A program made the translations under genes and the position numbers. From Paraspadella gotoi (Eukaryota; Animalia; Chaetognatha), in contig CM119268.1 in assembly GCA_051294375.1 (NCBI GenBank), positions 6,391,525 to 6,455,524 on the forward strand: DNA of 64,000 nucleotides. Reading direction: 5' to 3'. This document shows, one piece after another, positions 48,313 to 62,921 of the stretch. A model generated the notes under the pieces. It searched no databases, had not been told where the DNA came from, and worked only from the letters and a program-made list of their open reading frames with translations. Position 1 is the first letter of the stretch. Each line of letters starts with the position of its first letter.

Positions 48313-51300
48313 AAAAAACATCAGTGTAACTTATCCACGTTTAGTAACCTCGCCTTTTAGATGACTAGAAAAAAATGAACCAAAAAAACAAAAAAGAAAG
48401 AAAATTGTCAGAAAAAAAAAAAAACCAACAACAAAAACACTATTTCGCAACATAATTTTAATTAGGACCGTTCTACATCGATAATAACTTAACGCTAAGC
48501 GACGCCATAAGTGAGGTGCGTCCGTCCGTTCGTCTGACCGAAGTCGATCGTTCAGACTGTCGAACGTAATCGCGCCAACCAAATTCGCGTCGGATTCGAA
48601 GATCTCCGTCAGCGCCCGGCGCCATCTCTGAAGATCTCAAACGCGACGGTTCCGTTTTCGAGGATTCCATCTCCGCCGAATTCATCTCCGCCGATTTCCG
48701 TCTGCGGCACACCTCACAAACTCACGCGGTCACCTTTGTTGTTCCATTGGTCATTGGTCCATTGTCATTGTTGTCATTTCACTTGTTAAAATTAAAGTGG
48801 TCAGCGAAAGACAGGACCGCGCGAACCCAGAGGGAATAGAGGGAAGGAAGCTCCCCGTTTTATTATTACGAGGTTTTCGGCAAAACAAAACAAAAAAACA
48901 TACATATAGAAAATTCAAAACTCGAAATTCAATTTGCATTTTTTGTTTGTAAAGCGAAAAGATTTGTCGGACTGGTTAGGATCATTCATCATCAATCAAC
49001 ATGACAAAATCATAGTTATCTTGACAAGATCATCCTAATGACCAATCGTCATTTTTCATAATCACTTGATTTATCAACCTGAAGCTGTGAGACGTTCAAT
49101 TAGTCGCCTTTTTTAGCATTCATTTAATATTTTCCGTTAATCAATTCTTCGGCTGAGTAGTGTCTCAACCTCAAAAATACGCAATAATTAAAGTTTGGGT
49201 TTGAAAAAATTGGGTTAAAAAATTAATTGTATTTTTATTAAATTACAATAATCTCATATCCAGTACCTTGGCAAACATCTTTTTCAAGTCTGAGTACTTT
49301 GGATGGGGAACAGTCAAAGCTTTTGTTCGTTTTTTTGAGGTCTAGGAAAGTCCATGGAATAGGAAATGATAATTAAAAGTGGACCAATGAACGTCTATTT
49401 GTTCGAATTAAACATACTTATACAATCAATATGTATTTTGTTATTTAGTTTGAATTTTTCGTATATATTCTAACTGAATTCTTCACATAGGCTTCCCAGC
49501 TTCGAATGACAGGAATCGGGGTTATTTGAGGATGCAAAAGATTCTATATAAGATAACACGAGTAACTTTGTTAAATTGTAAGGTGAAGTTAAATATTTAT
49601 CAATGCCCATATTTGCACTCTTCTCAGCTTTTGGAATCATCACTCTTATTATAGTTATGAATTCATAAGTAAAAACCTATCCCTAACCTAATCGGGACTA
49701 AACGTCAAACCTTTCAGAAACTCGCTCAAACGAAAAAACTGGAAAACACTTCGATGCTTCTTATCAATGGAACTATCGATAACTCACCTTCAAACTTTCC
49801 CCAATTTTTCTCTGTTTCAGAAGCGACCTCCTGGATGCGAGGGACCGATAACTCGCTCTGCGTGAAGAATCTTGGATCTGGGGAGACGAAGATCAGAGCC
49901 TCTAAAGGACGCCGGGTTCGGACGAGGCGGAGGTCAGGGGTACTGTACAAGACCGTGCGTACACCTGACGATGAAGGGTAAGGAATGACGTGAGACGCGG
50001 ATCGAGGAGGGTAAGTGTCGGGACTAGACATTAAGACGCGAGGGTAGGATGAGAAACGTTTTGCCGCTAGAGGGCTGAAAAGGGTGCGCGTCGGAGGTAT
50101 TAACCGTCACTAGTACTTGGGAATAGAAATGATAAGGGTCGGAATGTACGCCAGAAGTCGCTGAGCAGGTTCGAATAACGTCGCTCATCCTTCGAGAGGC
50201 GCTGGGTCGGGAAGACTCGCGGACTATAAAGATCTAGACGACCTACTACAAACCGCCGCTCTTCGTTTTCCGGTCGAGAACTGTCGCGGCCGCCGTCGCC
50301 GTTTTCGCGCGTCGTTAGATCAATGACGTCGTCCTCTGCGTCGTCGGAGAGTCACTGCGACGACTTCGGTGACGCCCACCGAACCGCTACCGCGACGCCG
50401 GCGGTCGTGGCGGCGGGCGCCGACGCCGGGAAACAATTCCGAGTTGGCAGAAAAAATGTCGTTGATCTTCGTTTTAGGGCCGAAGATGCGCGAAGGGAAC
50501 GATCGGCCGATTCGGCGGCGATGCTAAAACGATATGAGGTGATTGGCGGAAAACGCGATATGATTGCCGGGACGCCGAAATTGAGACTCGTCGAAATTCG
50601 CCGAGTTTGACTAGATCCGGAGTTGGTATAACACCTGGGCTGATTAAGCGCCGGCGGGATGAGCGCGATGATGACCCTGCGGCGGTCGATTGGCGCGCGG
50701 ACATCCGGATAGACTTCGGTTGGGAAGTTGTGTTGGCCCGTCACGTGACGTTCGCCGTTGCATCCCAGGAGTTCGGACATTCTGGAGGGGAAAGGCGCGG
50801 GAAGCGGATGGAGTGGCATCGGTTTTTTCGAACGATTGGAATCATTGATTCATCATTTAATATAAAATAATAATATTTAAAAAATTATTATAACATCGAA
50901 CCTCAATTCGACGTGATTTTGTCTGCGGGACGGTGGCCCGATCGGCCCACGGGCAGCGGGAAAGCTCCCGTGCGAAAGCGTAGTTGCCCCGACACACAGC
51001 TGTCCGCTGCCCGCACTCCCTGAAATCAAAACGATTCAGGATAATATGTTCTTGATTTTTTAAAAAAAATATTTTCCCAAGATTGTTTTATCCCGGAGAG
51101 TCGGACATTGAATCAATTCTCCTTCTGATTTGGATGTTTTTCGAAGACGATTTACCGTTCCTGTCAGGTGAGGGTCATGATATTTGTAAACTATTTTTAA
51201 ATGACAATGACCAACAAAAAAGCGTTTGACATCCCGCGACTTACAGAATCTGATAGGAAAGCGAACGCCTGAATTTTTCACGTAGATTCTAGATTGTCCC

Positions 51301-54300
51301 TCTTTGAGGCCTTTTAAATTGAAAATCGCAAGATGTACCTTGGTTTTACTATTATAGACCTAAATATATATCAATATATTATTATTAATATAATATTGTT
51401 TGTATGTTATTACGTGTAAATACTAATGGAGGCCTTTAAACCACCAAGCCTCTCCCAAAAGTCGGGGCAAGAATATCTTAATTATAAAATTATGAATGGA
51501 AAATTTTTATATTGGTTTGTACCAATTTCATTATGCCAATATGTCAATAATTATATAATATCGTTGTTTTCTAATTAGATATTTGATTGATGTTATAAAT
51601 TGTATATAAATTAGATGTTATAATGACGTATATATTTATTTATCTTTATATTTTATTTATATTTATATAATTCTATCATAACGTTTTTAAAACGAAATAC
51701 TCACCTTTCTTTTCGAAAGAGATCAGTGAATTATCTCCCAAAGTTGTGAGTGGTTCCTTGTCATTCGGAGCTTATGAAAAAAAATTCAGTTTTACATTCA
51801 GGTATCTACGTTAAACTTTTTAAACTTTTATTACCTAAATGATTTATACGGTCGTGTCGAAGCTGAAAATAAAAAACAATAAAAATATTATAAAGTCTGC
51901 ATAATACTACACTATTAGTCAATTATATCAAATAACAATAATTCGGTAAAGGCAGCTCACCCAGTGAAAGGGACGAACGGTAATTGAGAACTCATAGGGA
52001 GATAAGAAAGGGTGAGGAGGGAACGACGATGAAGCCGCCGGCCGCCGAGAGCGGGTAAGTTCGCTCCGGAGATGGAAAGTTGAAGTCTATCGCCGGAAAC
52101 GAGGGTGACGGGCGTAGGGGGCGTGGCCGTCGACGTCTTCGTGTCGTCTGCATCGTCGATCCGACGACGACGACAGCTTGCGGTGACTTACGTCGCCGCT
52201 CTGCAGCGGCGACGGCAAGAGACGCTGCGCCGACGGGAGACGGGTCGAAATGAGGATCGGCAGGTGTTGTGATGTAGCGGGCGGCTGCTGTTGCTGCGAT
52301 GGTCTCGTAGCGGCATCGACGCCGCGGACGGAGAAAGGCGACGGCGGTTCGACGCCGACTTTCTCGTTTCTCCGATTTATCTCGGCGGCCGCGGCGTCAA
52401 TCGGCGCCTTCTCCGCCGACGATTTCACCGTGAGATCGAAGACGGCTTGAGGCGACGGCGATGGCGTCGGCGGCGCGTGGGCGAACGCCTCCGCTCCGGC
52501 GACGGTGTTCAAAACGATCCCCGGAAACGCGCACGTCTGGTCAGATTGTCGGCCTGGAGAGCGTCGGGAAGCGTCAACGTCGATCGGTGGACTCGCGTCG
52601 GATCTTTCTCGGCCGACACGGCGGGTAAGGCCGGCGCCGGAACGGCTCGTGGCAGCATCGAGCGGTAGAGGGAAAGGACGACGCGGGCGAAGCCGTCGCG
52701 AGACGCGTCGAAAGGGCGATAGTGTGAATCGAGAGTGTGAAGTATGTGGATCTGTGGGTAGAAGCATTCGTGGGCAACTGAGTGGGGTGAGTCGAGAGAG
52801 CGTCGAGTGGAGAGTTTCGTGTGGGCGCGAGTAGAAGAGTTCTCTCGGTGCCGGGTTGATGCGGAAGTGATGGATGAAGAGAGGCCGGTTGGAGCGGCTT
52901 GTCGAGTGGAGCGAGAGAGGTCGGGTCGAGTCCTCCGTCGAGGTTTTGCGTCGGGGAGAATTTCGCGCGGAGACGAGGCTTTCGCTTCGATAATTTTCTT
53001 TCGAGTGACGGGATGAGATCCTTTGAAATGGAGTTTTACTCAGTTTGAAAATAGAATCGACGTGGTATAATCATACTGTTAACATTGTCCTACATTGTTA
53101 CATAGTTTTCTATATTGCTCGTTTATGTCCTATTTCTACGTTGTCCGACATTATGGTCATTGTCCTCTTTTGTCCTTCTACATTGGTCCTACATTAACCT
53201 ACACATTCGCCAAACCTGAGATCCTTGGGTTCCACTTGATCGTCGACTTTTCATTTCGTCCGTCCGTCGTCTTCATCCTCTACAGTTTCCCCGCGTCGCT
53301 CGTCGTCGTCCGTCGCGTCGTTGTGGTCGTCGTTGTGACATCTCCTCCCTCGTGTACGTTGAAACAGAAAAGTTGCCTAACAACAATTGACTTCTTTGTC
53401 CGCAAGTGTCCATCCATAATTTTTTAATTTTTTGCTATACAATATTTTCATAGTTTTTCATCGTTTCTTTTCTTCAGTAGTAAACGTAAAAAAAATTAAA
53501 ACTTCCGGGGTCCTTTAATATTTCATATTTTCTTTTTCAATATCTCTGTAACAGTATAAATAAATAATAATTAATAAATAAATAATAAATAAAATAAATA
53601 AATAAACCCAATCAATCCAATCAATCAATCAATAAAATCAATAAACTCAATAATAAAATAAATAAATAAATAATAATAAATACATAACCAATCAATCAAT
53701 ACAATCAATAAATCAATTAATCAATCAATTCATAATACTTCAATCAATCAATCAAAAAAGCTTTCCCTCCACTTCCCACCTTCGAAAAGCCACGTGGCTC
53801 GTCGACGGATGCTTCGTCCACCCGACTCGAGAGATTGAGAACTCCGTCATCGTCGTCGTCGTCGTCTTCGTCGTCGACGCCCGAATTGGACTCGCGTTGA
53901 AGATAGGTGGCGCGGCGCGGTGGCGGCGCCCTCTCGACCGGCAGTGGGGTCGGGGTGGAGTCCCAACGGACTGCGAAAGAGTCTAGATTCTAGAAGATTG
54001 ACTGGATTTAATTGATTGATTGATCGGATGAATTTGATTTTGATTTTTTATATAACTACCTTTGGCTGCCAGAGGACATCCTGAAAGACTCCTGTGCGAG
54101 TTCCTGTTGCTGTTCACGTGACCTTTACCGCTGCATCCTGGAGTCGGGCATCTGACCGAAAAGTTGCAAAAATAAAAGGCTTTCGCCTGATTTTATTTTC
54201 TGTTTTCTAAGCGCGTAAACACTCTGTGCGGTTGTCCGAGTACCGACAGTTGCTCTACTCGTCTCCATTACAGAGCGAGCACCATCAAGTAGATTAGCAT

Positions 54301-55730
54301 AACTTTTAGCTCCCAGACGTAACCGCCTTAGCTTTCAGGAATCAAGACTTGCATTCTATTTCGGCACTTTGTAGGGGTTAGATGAGTGCTTAGATGAATA
54401 TATTATTTATTGGCATCAAAATGAAGTAATTTTTTATTAGTTAACGAAAGTTATTGAAGCTTACTTGAAAAATTTGACCAAAAAATGAACATAATTTTAG
54501 TCTTTAAAAATGAGAAATGTATCTAAAATACAGTACTTTTTTGCAATCTTGAAGATGAAACCGGTTATAATTTGATTTCGACAACAATAACTTTTACTTT
54601 TTCTTTTTAGTTTTTAAAAAGTTGTGAGCAAATAGCCGCTAACTAAATTTTGGAAAAACAAATACATATCAAAACAATTATAGCTCAAGATAGGAACACA
54701 TTTGTAACCATAATGTTAAATTCTAATAAAAAGATTGAATAAAATGTCAAAGGCTAGCTCCAGCACATAACCCCGGAAGACTCACTTGAGCACTTGTTCG
54801 TAGAGCGCACGATCTCGGGCGCGCACCTTCGCTTTGCGTGGGCATCCGGAGAGACTCCGGTGGTGGGAGTAGAGGCCGGTCACGTGACCGGGTCCGTCAA
54901 TCCCGGCGCCGGGCATTTCCCGCCGTCGCGATCTGAGGAAAGGGGAAGGGAAACTGCGATGAAGAGCGAGGAATGGCAATATGTAGGCAAAAAATATAAT
55001 CCTATTTTAAAAAGGCTATTTAAGCCACAAAAAAAAAGGATATTTGTTACCATATTAATACATCCAATATAAAGTAATCAATGTTGCTATTAAATGATGG
55101 TATCAGAAAAATATTCGATTCAACCGATGGGAAAGCATTAGAGAGCTTCGGACTTCATTTGGTTACTGTGATATTATTACCATGTTTACCAGCGTAAAAA
55201 GAACTTTATTTTTAAGATCTATAGTTCGAAAAATTTAGTTCTCAAAAAAATAATCGCATTTTTAATGATTGAAATATATTAATTGATAAGTTGACCTTTC
55301 TTTTGTCTGTGGTGGTGGTTTTCACGCAATCTTTAACTTTGTTTTTGTCTTTAGACTTAGCTTTGTTTTGAATGCTCCTGTATGTACTGAATCAACCTTG
55401 TTGAATTCGAAAATAAAACGCATAATTGACTTAAGGACTAAGGAGGGGACTGCATAAGTTAACCCCGCCTATACCTTCAGTCGTGACCCGACTCCATATA
55501 TCGCCTCCCGTTTTGGAGGGATAACAACATAGCTGAACACTGGAATCTTTCGATCTTTTAAAATCATTTGTATATTAAATCGCTTGTACTTGGCTTACTC
55601 CTCAATTAATAAGTATAGCAAAATTTTTTTATGAAAATATTTCGGAATTACGACTTGGTTTTTTCTATTTACTTTTTAATTCAAGTTTTATCTATTACTT
55701 TATTTAGTTTATCAATGAAATTAATTCATT
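48313..55730 (-). other. Error-rich duplicate of ~40187-47443 (Myt1 region), probably a false duplication from long-read gap filling
   Basis: Colinear copy including introns, differing mainly by scattered 1-2 nt indels in both exons and introns. It starts right after the N gap 48274-48298. Segment 56338-56795 likewise repeats 47822-48273. Confidence 0.85.
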
Positions 55731-56086
55731 TAAAGTCTTATTTTATACAAAAAGACTTGTCCGAAGTTTCCATTCGATCTGGGTCGGAATCCGCATTGCG
55801 AGGTGGCAGGGGGAATCTCCTCGGGAAAGTAAGTATCAGGAAAAGGGAGAAATGCGAGAGATTAAATCAAGATAAGGTATGACGTTTTGACCGACGACGA
55901 CGGACGACGACGACGATGGGCGGCCGCCGATGAAAGCTTCAATGCATCCGTTTGTTTTTCTCTTTCTTATTTGCATAACTTTTTTCCCGCGTCCGGTCGT
56001 CGTCGACGTCGTCGTCGTCGTCGTCGTCGTCGTGTCGCTCGTCGTCGTCGTCGTCGTCACTCTCCCTTATTTTTTTGCCCTCAACG

Positions 56087-56143
<57 letters not shown>

Positions 56144-56887
56144 CTCATCTCTCTCTCTCTCTCTCTCTCTCTCCCTTCTTTTGCATAATTTCTTGGTCTG
56201 ATTGGCCTCGCAGGCATTTCCTGGTTTTTCTCACTTTATTGTCCGAGGGATTTAGCGGAGGAGAGAGGGAAGAGGAGGAGGAAGAGGGAGGGAGGGAAAG
56301 GGGGGGGAATGGGCGGGAAGGGGCGGGGGAGTAGTTGGAAGAGGAAGGGAAGGAAGAGGAGGAAGGGGAAGGTATGGAATGGAGGAGAAGAGAGAGGACT
56401 GGGTGGGAACAGCGAGAAAATGTGTGGAGTTGAATATTAAAAAGAAAATAGGCAGGGGAGGGATGAAAAGCAAAAGTGAGTGGATAGGTGGAAATGTATT
56501 ATATAAAGAGGGGCAAAGGGCCAAGTCCAAAGGCCAAGGGAAAAAGGGCAAAGGGGCCAAAGAGCTCAAAGAGGTGTTATTGGAGTAAAGGGAAAATGAG
56601 AGGGAAAAGGCATTAGGGAGAAAAATTTTTTAAAAAAATGTGCTAACTCTCAGCCGGACCGGACCCTGATTAACGGGTTCATTTTAATTTTTTTTACTCT
56701 GGCTTAAAAGTTTATCCTTGACTCTGTGACCAAATGAACAAAGGGAGTTAAACAAAACGAATTTTTATAAAAGACAGAGAACTAGAAATTCTGGTTCAAG
56801 TTTTCAAGTGTAAAGATTAAGAAAGAATGAACAAGGCAGAGAGTATTTAAAGAAAAATAGAGAGGTTGAGACAGAGAGGATGGGGAG

Positions 56888-56956
<69 letters not shown>

Positions 56957-58245
56957 AGAGAGAGAGGATTGAGGAGAAGGCGAGAGAAAAAAAGACAGTT
57001 GATTGCATCAACCAACGCGCCGCGGATTTTTTTTTTCAACATCTGCATGAATTTGTTTTGTTTTATTCTTTTATCTTCTGGGCAAGTTGATTGTCGACGG
57101 CGCGGTCGTCGTTGTTGTCGTCGTTGTTGTCCTCGGAAATTTAAAATAGTTCAGCCAATGAATATCTACGGATTATCAGTCGCGCGATGGCGCCTCGGAA
57201 AATAAAAATAATAAAGAAAAGAACCGAAGCGAGAGACGGGAAAATGAAAAAAAAAGGAATATCGCTGGAAAACTGTGAAAATGAGTGAGGGAAAAAGTGT
57301 GAGAGGAAAATTGTGAGAAACGGAGATTAAAATTCTAGATATTCGTCAAAAAAACAAAGAGAGGGAAGGAGAGAGAGAGAGAGAGAGAGAGAGAGNNNNN
57401 NNNNNGAGCGTCCGCATTAAAAAGTCCGCATAAAAAGTCCGGGACCTCGACGGACGGCCACTTGTCAACACAATTTCATCAGCGGAAAGGGAGGGAGANN
57501 NNNNNNNNNNNNNNNNNNNNNNNNNNNNNNNNNNNNNNNNNNNNNNNNNNNNNNNNNNNNNNNNNNNNNNNNNNNNNNNNNNNNNNNNNNNNNNNNNNNN
57601 NNNNNNNNNNNNNNNNNNNNNNNNNNNNNNNNNNNNNNNAAAAAAGGAAAAAACAAACAGGAGCGACGATGGACTGGGACATCAGATTACGGCTTTCCCG
57701 CTAATGAAGGAAGAATGAGATAAAAAATTTTTAAAAATGAATTAAATGAAAAAAAAGAATGGAGTTAGAATAAAAAAAAGAAAGAAAGAAAAAAAGTCAT
57801 GAAATTAAAATGGCGGACGAAGGAAGTTGAACGAGGAAAAATTCTAATACGAAGAATTTTTTTTTCTCTTTCGTCATGAATATTATTGGACGCTTAACTA
57901 ATTTAGGTCTTTTCGGTATGTTCCGAGGACAAGATGCTTCTCAGGGAAATGTCTTTAAGGTTTATTTAAAGCGGTCGGTCGGTCTTTTTCTTGGTCTGTC
58001 TTCTGTCTAGATATGAAAGTCTTTTCGATCCGTCCTAATTTGTTCTCCTGACGAATCCATTATGTAGTTAACAAGTTATAATCTATTAACGCATTAGCTT
58101 AATTAAATTACTTGATTGTTTCGTGTTAATTTTACATACACATACTTTTGTTTTGATAAATTACCATATTTGCCTAAACTTATAGTATAAAACTATGGAC
58201 AGAAAGGCTGGGAAGGAAACAATAAAATACTTAAGAAAAAAAGAG

Positions 58246-58295
<50 letters not shown>

Positions 58296-58559
58296 TCAAT
58301 AAAAAAAAGAAAAGAGAGAGAGAGAGTGAGAGAGAGAACGAGAAAGAGAGAAGGAAGAAAGGAACAACAAGAAATTTATGAGGAGGAATGAAAGCCGTTG
58401 GGGAGAGGAAAAGGAGGAGGAAGAGGAGGAAGAGGAGGCGAAGGAGGAGGAGGAAAAAGCGCGAGGTGGTATTATGATGAATTATCACAACTATTTCTCT
58501 TCCTCACACTTTTATCTTGAATCATTTTTTTTCAAAGATAAAAACAAAACATTGTTATT

Positions 58560-59420
58560 GGTGTGAGGAAGGAAGGAGAGGAGGGAAAAAACTCTACGGC
58601 GAGGATGAGAGAGGGAGAGAAGGAGAGAAGGGAGGAAGAAAGAGAATGAGAGGAAAGAGAGAATGAGAAAGGAAAAGGAAAAAAGGAAAGGAGGGAGAAA
58701 GAGAATGAGAGGAGAGAGAGAATGAGAAAGGAATAGGAAAAGAAGGGAGAAAGAGAATGAGAGGAAAGAGAGAATGAGAAAGGNNNNNNNNNNNNNNNNN
58801 NNNNNNNNNNNNNNNNNNNNNNNNNNNNNNNNNNNNNNNNNNNNNNNNNNNNNNNNNNNNNNNNNNNNNNNNNNNNNNNNNNNNNNNNNNNNNNNNNNNN
58901 NNNNNNNNNNNNNNNNNNNNNNNNNNNNNNNNNNNNNNNNNNNNNNNNNNNNNNNNNNNNNNNNNNNNNNNNNNNNNNNNNNNNNNNNNNNNNNNNNNNN
59001 NNNNNNNNNNNNNNNNNNNNNNNNNNNNNNNNNNNNNNNNNNNNNNNNNNNNNNNNNNNNNNNNNNNNNNATGATAGGAAAGAGCGAATGAGAAAGGAAA
59101 AAGGAAAAAATGAAAAGAAGGGAGAAAGAGAATGATAGGAAAGAGCGAATGAGAAAGGAAAAAGGAAAAAAGGATAAAGAGAGAGAAAGAGAATGAGAGG
59201 AAAGAGAGAATGAGAAAGGAAAAAGGAAAAAAGGAAAAAGAGAGAGAAAGAGAATGAGAGGAAAGAGAGAATGAGAAAGGAAAAAGGAAAAAAGGAAAAA
59301 GAGAGAGAAAGAGAATGAGAGGAAAGAGAGAATGAGAAAGGAAAAAGGAAAAAAGGAAAAAGAGAGAGAAAGAGAATGAGAGGAAAGAGCGAATGAGAAA
59401 GATAAAAGGAAAAAATGAAA
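58560..59420. repeat. Purine-rich minisatellite (unit about 60 bp, core GAGAATGAGAGGAAAGAGAGAATGAGAAAGG), interrupted by a gap
   Basis: Tandem units are visible on both sides of the N run. Confidence 0.85.
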
Positions 59421-60332
59421 AGTAGGGAAAAGAGACAGAACGAGATCAGAAACCATCAAGTTAAAGTTAAATATCAACGAATTCAAGAATCTCTCGTTGA
59501 ATTGTATTGTCTTAATTAAAAAATAAAAAAAAAACAAAGAAAAAAAAACAGAACAAAACAAAATAACTTTTCAATCTACCCGTAACTTGAGCCTCCATTG
59601 CATAAAAACCTAAAATTTTTCGGAAATAATTCTTTAATCTTTTTTTAAGATCACCGATTATGCCGTTCCTATGCAAAGTTATAATAAATTCAGAACACGT
59701 AAGCAGGTACGATCACAAGCTATATGAAAAATAACTAACTCCAGTTTCGATCAATATTTTTTTAAGTGAGATCTTTGTAAATACCGCCTTCTGGCCTGAG
59801 AACTACTTTCAGAGTCATAACCTCTTTGCTGCCCGCGTTTGATGTGAGAAAGTCATCGGACGAACTCACATCTTATTCCGTTATCAACCTCATTTTAGAC
59901 AAGGGTAGCCGCACCCAATACGGTGACTCAAAAATTTAACAAGTTGTCAACACAAAGTATAATTCTTTTTTTAAATACTTTTATGATAAGTAGGTTAAAA
60001 ATATAAAAAAAACACACGAAAAAATCAACGTTATCATCATCTTTCGATGATTTTATCAGTTTTTTTTTTATTTTCACTGAGAAAACGTAAGAATTTTTCA
60101 AAACTGTAATTATATTTCTTGTTTAACTTTTTATGCTCTATCAGTATCCATCAAAATTTTTTTTTCTTCTATATAGTAATATAATAATTTTAATTAGGCG
60201 AGTACCCTCAGAATAAATCATTTTTGACAAAAAATATTTTAATACTATAATCTATGCTCATGATAGATTATTTTAACGCTGTATACATTAGCATTTAAAT
60301 TTCATTTAGTTTTTCCACGACTTTTTGTCCGT

Positions 60333-60570
60333 AAAAACAAGTTTGAGCAAACAATGTCGGATCTGCCCACGATCATTATCGGTAATTAATTAATTAATAA
60401 TTAAATAATTACTGTTGTCGACCAACCCCATGAGATTTCCTTGATTATTTGTTCTCGTTTGCTAAGGTGGGACGGAAAGACAGACAGACAGACAGAAAGA
60501 CAGACCGACAGACAGACAGACAGACATACAGACGGACGGACGGACGGACGGACGGACAGACATACGGACG
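60333..60570 (-). mobile_element. HINE / DINE-1-like copy
   Basis: AAAAACAAGTTTGAGCAAACAATGTCGGATCTGCC is identical to 3804-3838. TTGCTAAGGTGGGAC is followed by a long (GACA/GACG)n tract, as at ~4317. Confidence 0.75.
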
Positions 60571-61044
60571 TTCACTTCCTCTTCAGGATCTTCAGATGAG
60601 ACATTTGTATGTTAACTCATGAATCTAAGTAGTAAATATGTAACAAATGGAGATTTTTCGACTACGATCTGTCAAAATCTCTTCGCTCTGGTATTTTCAT
60701 TTTGAAATCCGTCGCCTTTCAAAACAAATGTTGTTCTTTCCCTTCGAACTCACCTCTTCGTCCCCGCCATCCACGAACTCATTCTCCTAACCTCCCCCCG
60801 GCTCTCCTCCCACCTCCCACCTCCCGGGCCCAACCGTTTTGCCAACTCCGTCATTTCCACCGGCGGGATTCGAGNNNNNNNNNNNNNNNNNNNNNNNNNN
60901 NNNNNNNNNNNNNNNNNNNNNNNNNNNNNNNNNNNNNNNNNNNNNNNNNNNNNNGAGAGGAAGAGAGAGAGAGAAAGAGGGAAAAGTGATACTGGGAGAG
61001 AGAAGAAGTATTTTCTTCGTAGCTGATAAGACAAAGAATGAGAG

Positions 61045-61093
<49 letters not shown>

Positions 61094-61231
61094 GGAAAAG
61101 TGATACTGGGAAAGAGAGAAGAAGTATAAATTGCTTTAAATTGTATAATGTACGTACATATAAGTCAGCCATAATTCAAGGGCAAATTAATCGTGATGTA
61201 TTTGCCCTGTTTACCTAAGAGAAAGAGATAG

Positions 61232-61310
<79 letters not shown>

Positions 61311-62851
61311 GAGAGAAATGAGAAAAAGAAAAGAAAAAGTCGAGGTGAAACAGAAGGAAACATAAGGAGTAAAGAGATAAGAGATAAAAGAATTTCTTGA
61401 AGATTTAAGACCCGCAACTCGTGGAGGGCTGAGGAGGGGGGGCAAAGGGGGGGGGCGAAGAAGCTCTACCGGGATTCTTTCTTCGTCGCTTACAGATTAT
61501 CCTAATATTTTACAGAGATATACATTTGCTTCTTATTTAAATAGATAACAGAGAAAGCTTTTAAATAGATACATGGTTTATTGAAAAGATAGACAAATGA
61601 CAAATAATAATTCGAATATAAGATTGTTTGATGGCTATCAACTGACAATGGCGCGTCAGGAAATTCGGTATTAACTTGGAATGTACAATTGTACAACCAA
61701 TATAGGCTAATTATCTTGCCTCTTGACTTTGGTTATTGTTATTGTCTTCCTCTTACAAAATATTAACATAGCAAGTCCTTGCTATTACAGTCAAGATAGA
61801 TCTTTCGAAGGTTTTTTACATTAGGTTCTTTGACCGTCCGATTTTAAAAGTTACTGCTCATCTTACACTTTCTATAAAGTTTCTGTCGCAACAAGATATG
61901 AGAACGAAAGGAAGATTAAATGGGTTTATCTGTTGGCGCGAAGAAAATAAGAGATTTTCACTTTGATGAAGAAAAGAGAAAATAATGAAAAGCGGAGGAA
62001 GATTAAGAGAAAAGGAAAGAAAAAAAGGGAAAAAGAAAAAGAGAAAAGGGAAAAAAAAGAGAAAAGGAAAGAAAAAGAAAACGGAGAGACAGAGAGAGAG
62101 AGAGACGAAAAGATTCGAGAGACAAGATTAATAAAAGGAATTAGTGGCAGCAAATGAGTAGAAATGGCTGATCAACTCCCGATGAAATTGAAGAAATGAT
62201 TAAAAAAAGAAATACGAGGGAAAAGAAAAAAAAGAAAGAAAGAAAAAAAAACCGAGAAATTAAACGAAGACAAATTTTTATTTATTTTTTTTTTGAGCGA
62301 CGAAAGTCATTAGTTTTGACGAGAACAACAAATCTTCGCAAAAGTAAACAAAAGAAAAAGAAAGAGAAAGAAATCACAAAATATTTGCAATGAACACTTG
62401 AATTTACTTTAATAAAAAGTAAACCTTAGAATATTGGTTAATGGTTATGGTTATGTTATTGGGTTTATTTTGTTATGTTATTTTAAGTTATGTTCTTACG
62501 TTATTTAGCTATAGTAATATATTAAGCAAATTAGAAAGGCAGAGAGAGCACTATCACTGAAGATGCAACCATATGAAGAAGTAACAAATTATATCGCCCT
62601 ACTGTTACATAAATAAATATATATATATATATATAAGTTATAACTAAATAGAAAAAAAAGAAAAACGTAAAATTTGGTAATTGTTATTCATAAAGACGCA
62701 AAATCTACAACTCATATAAAGACAACAACAACTTGAATGCCGGAATCAAAAACAACGACGACGACGACGACGACGACACGACGACGGACGGGACCGGCAG
62801 CCGCCCTGGGTTTTGTTTTTTCATCAGCCCCAACACGCGCCTCCCCGCCTC

Positions 62852-62921
<70 letters not shown>

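Noticed and set aside
48313-55730. Tandem Myt1 duplicate or pseudogene
   Set aside because: The differences are mostly scattered single-base indels in exons and introns alike. The copy abuts an N gap and also repeats the small contig 47822-48273, which is the signature of an unpolished long read. Read depth would settle it.
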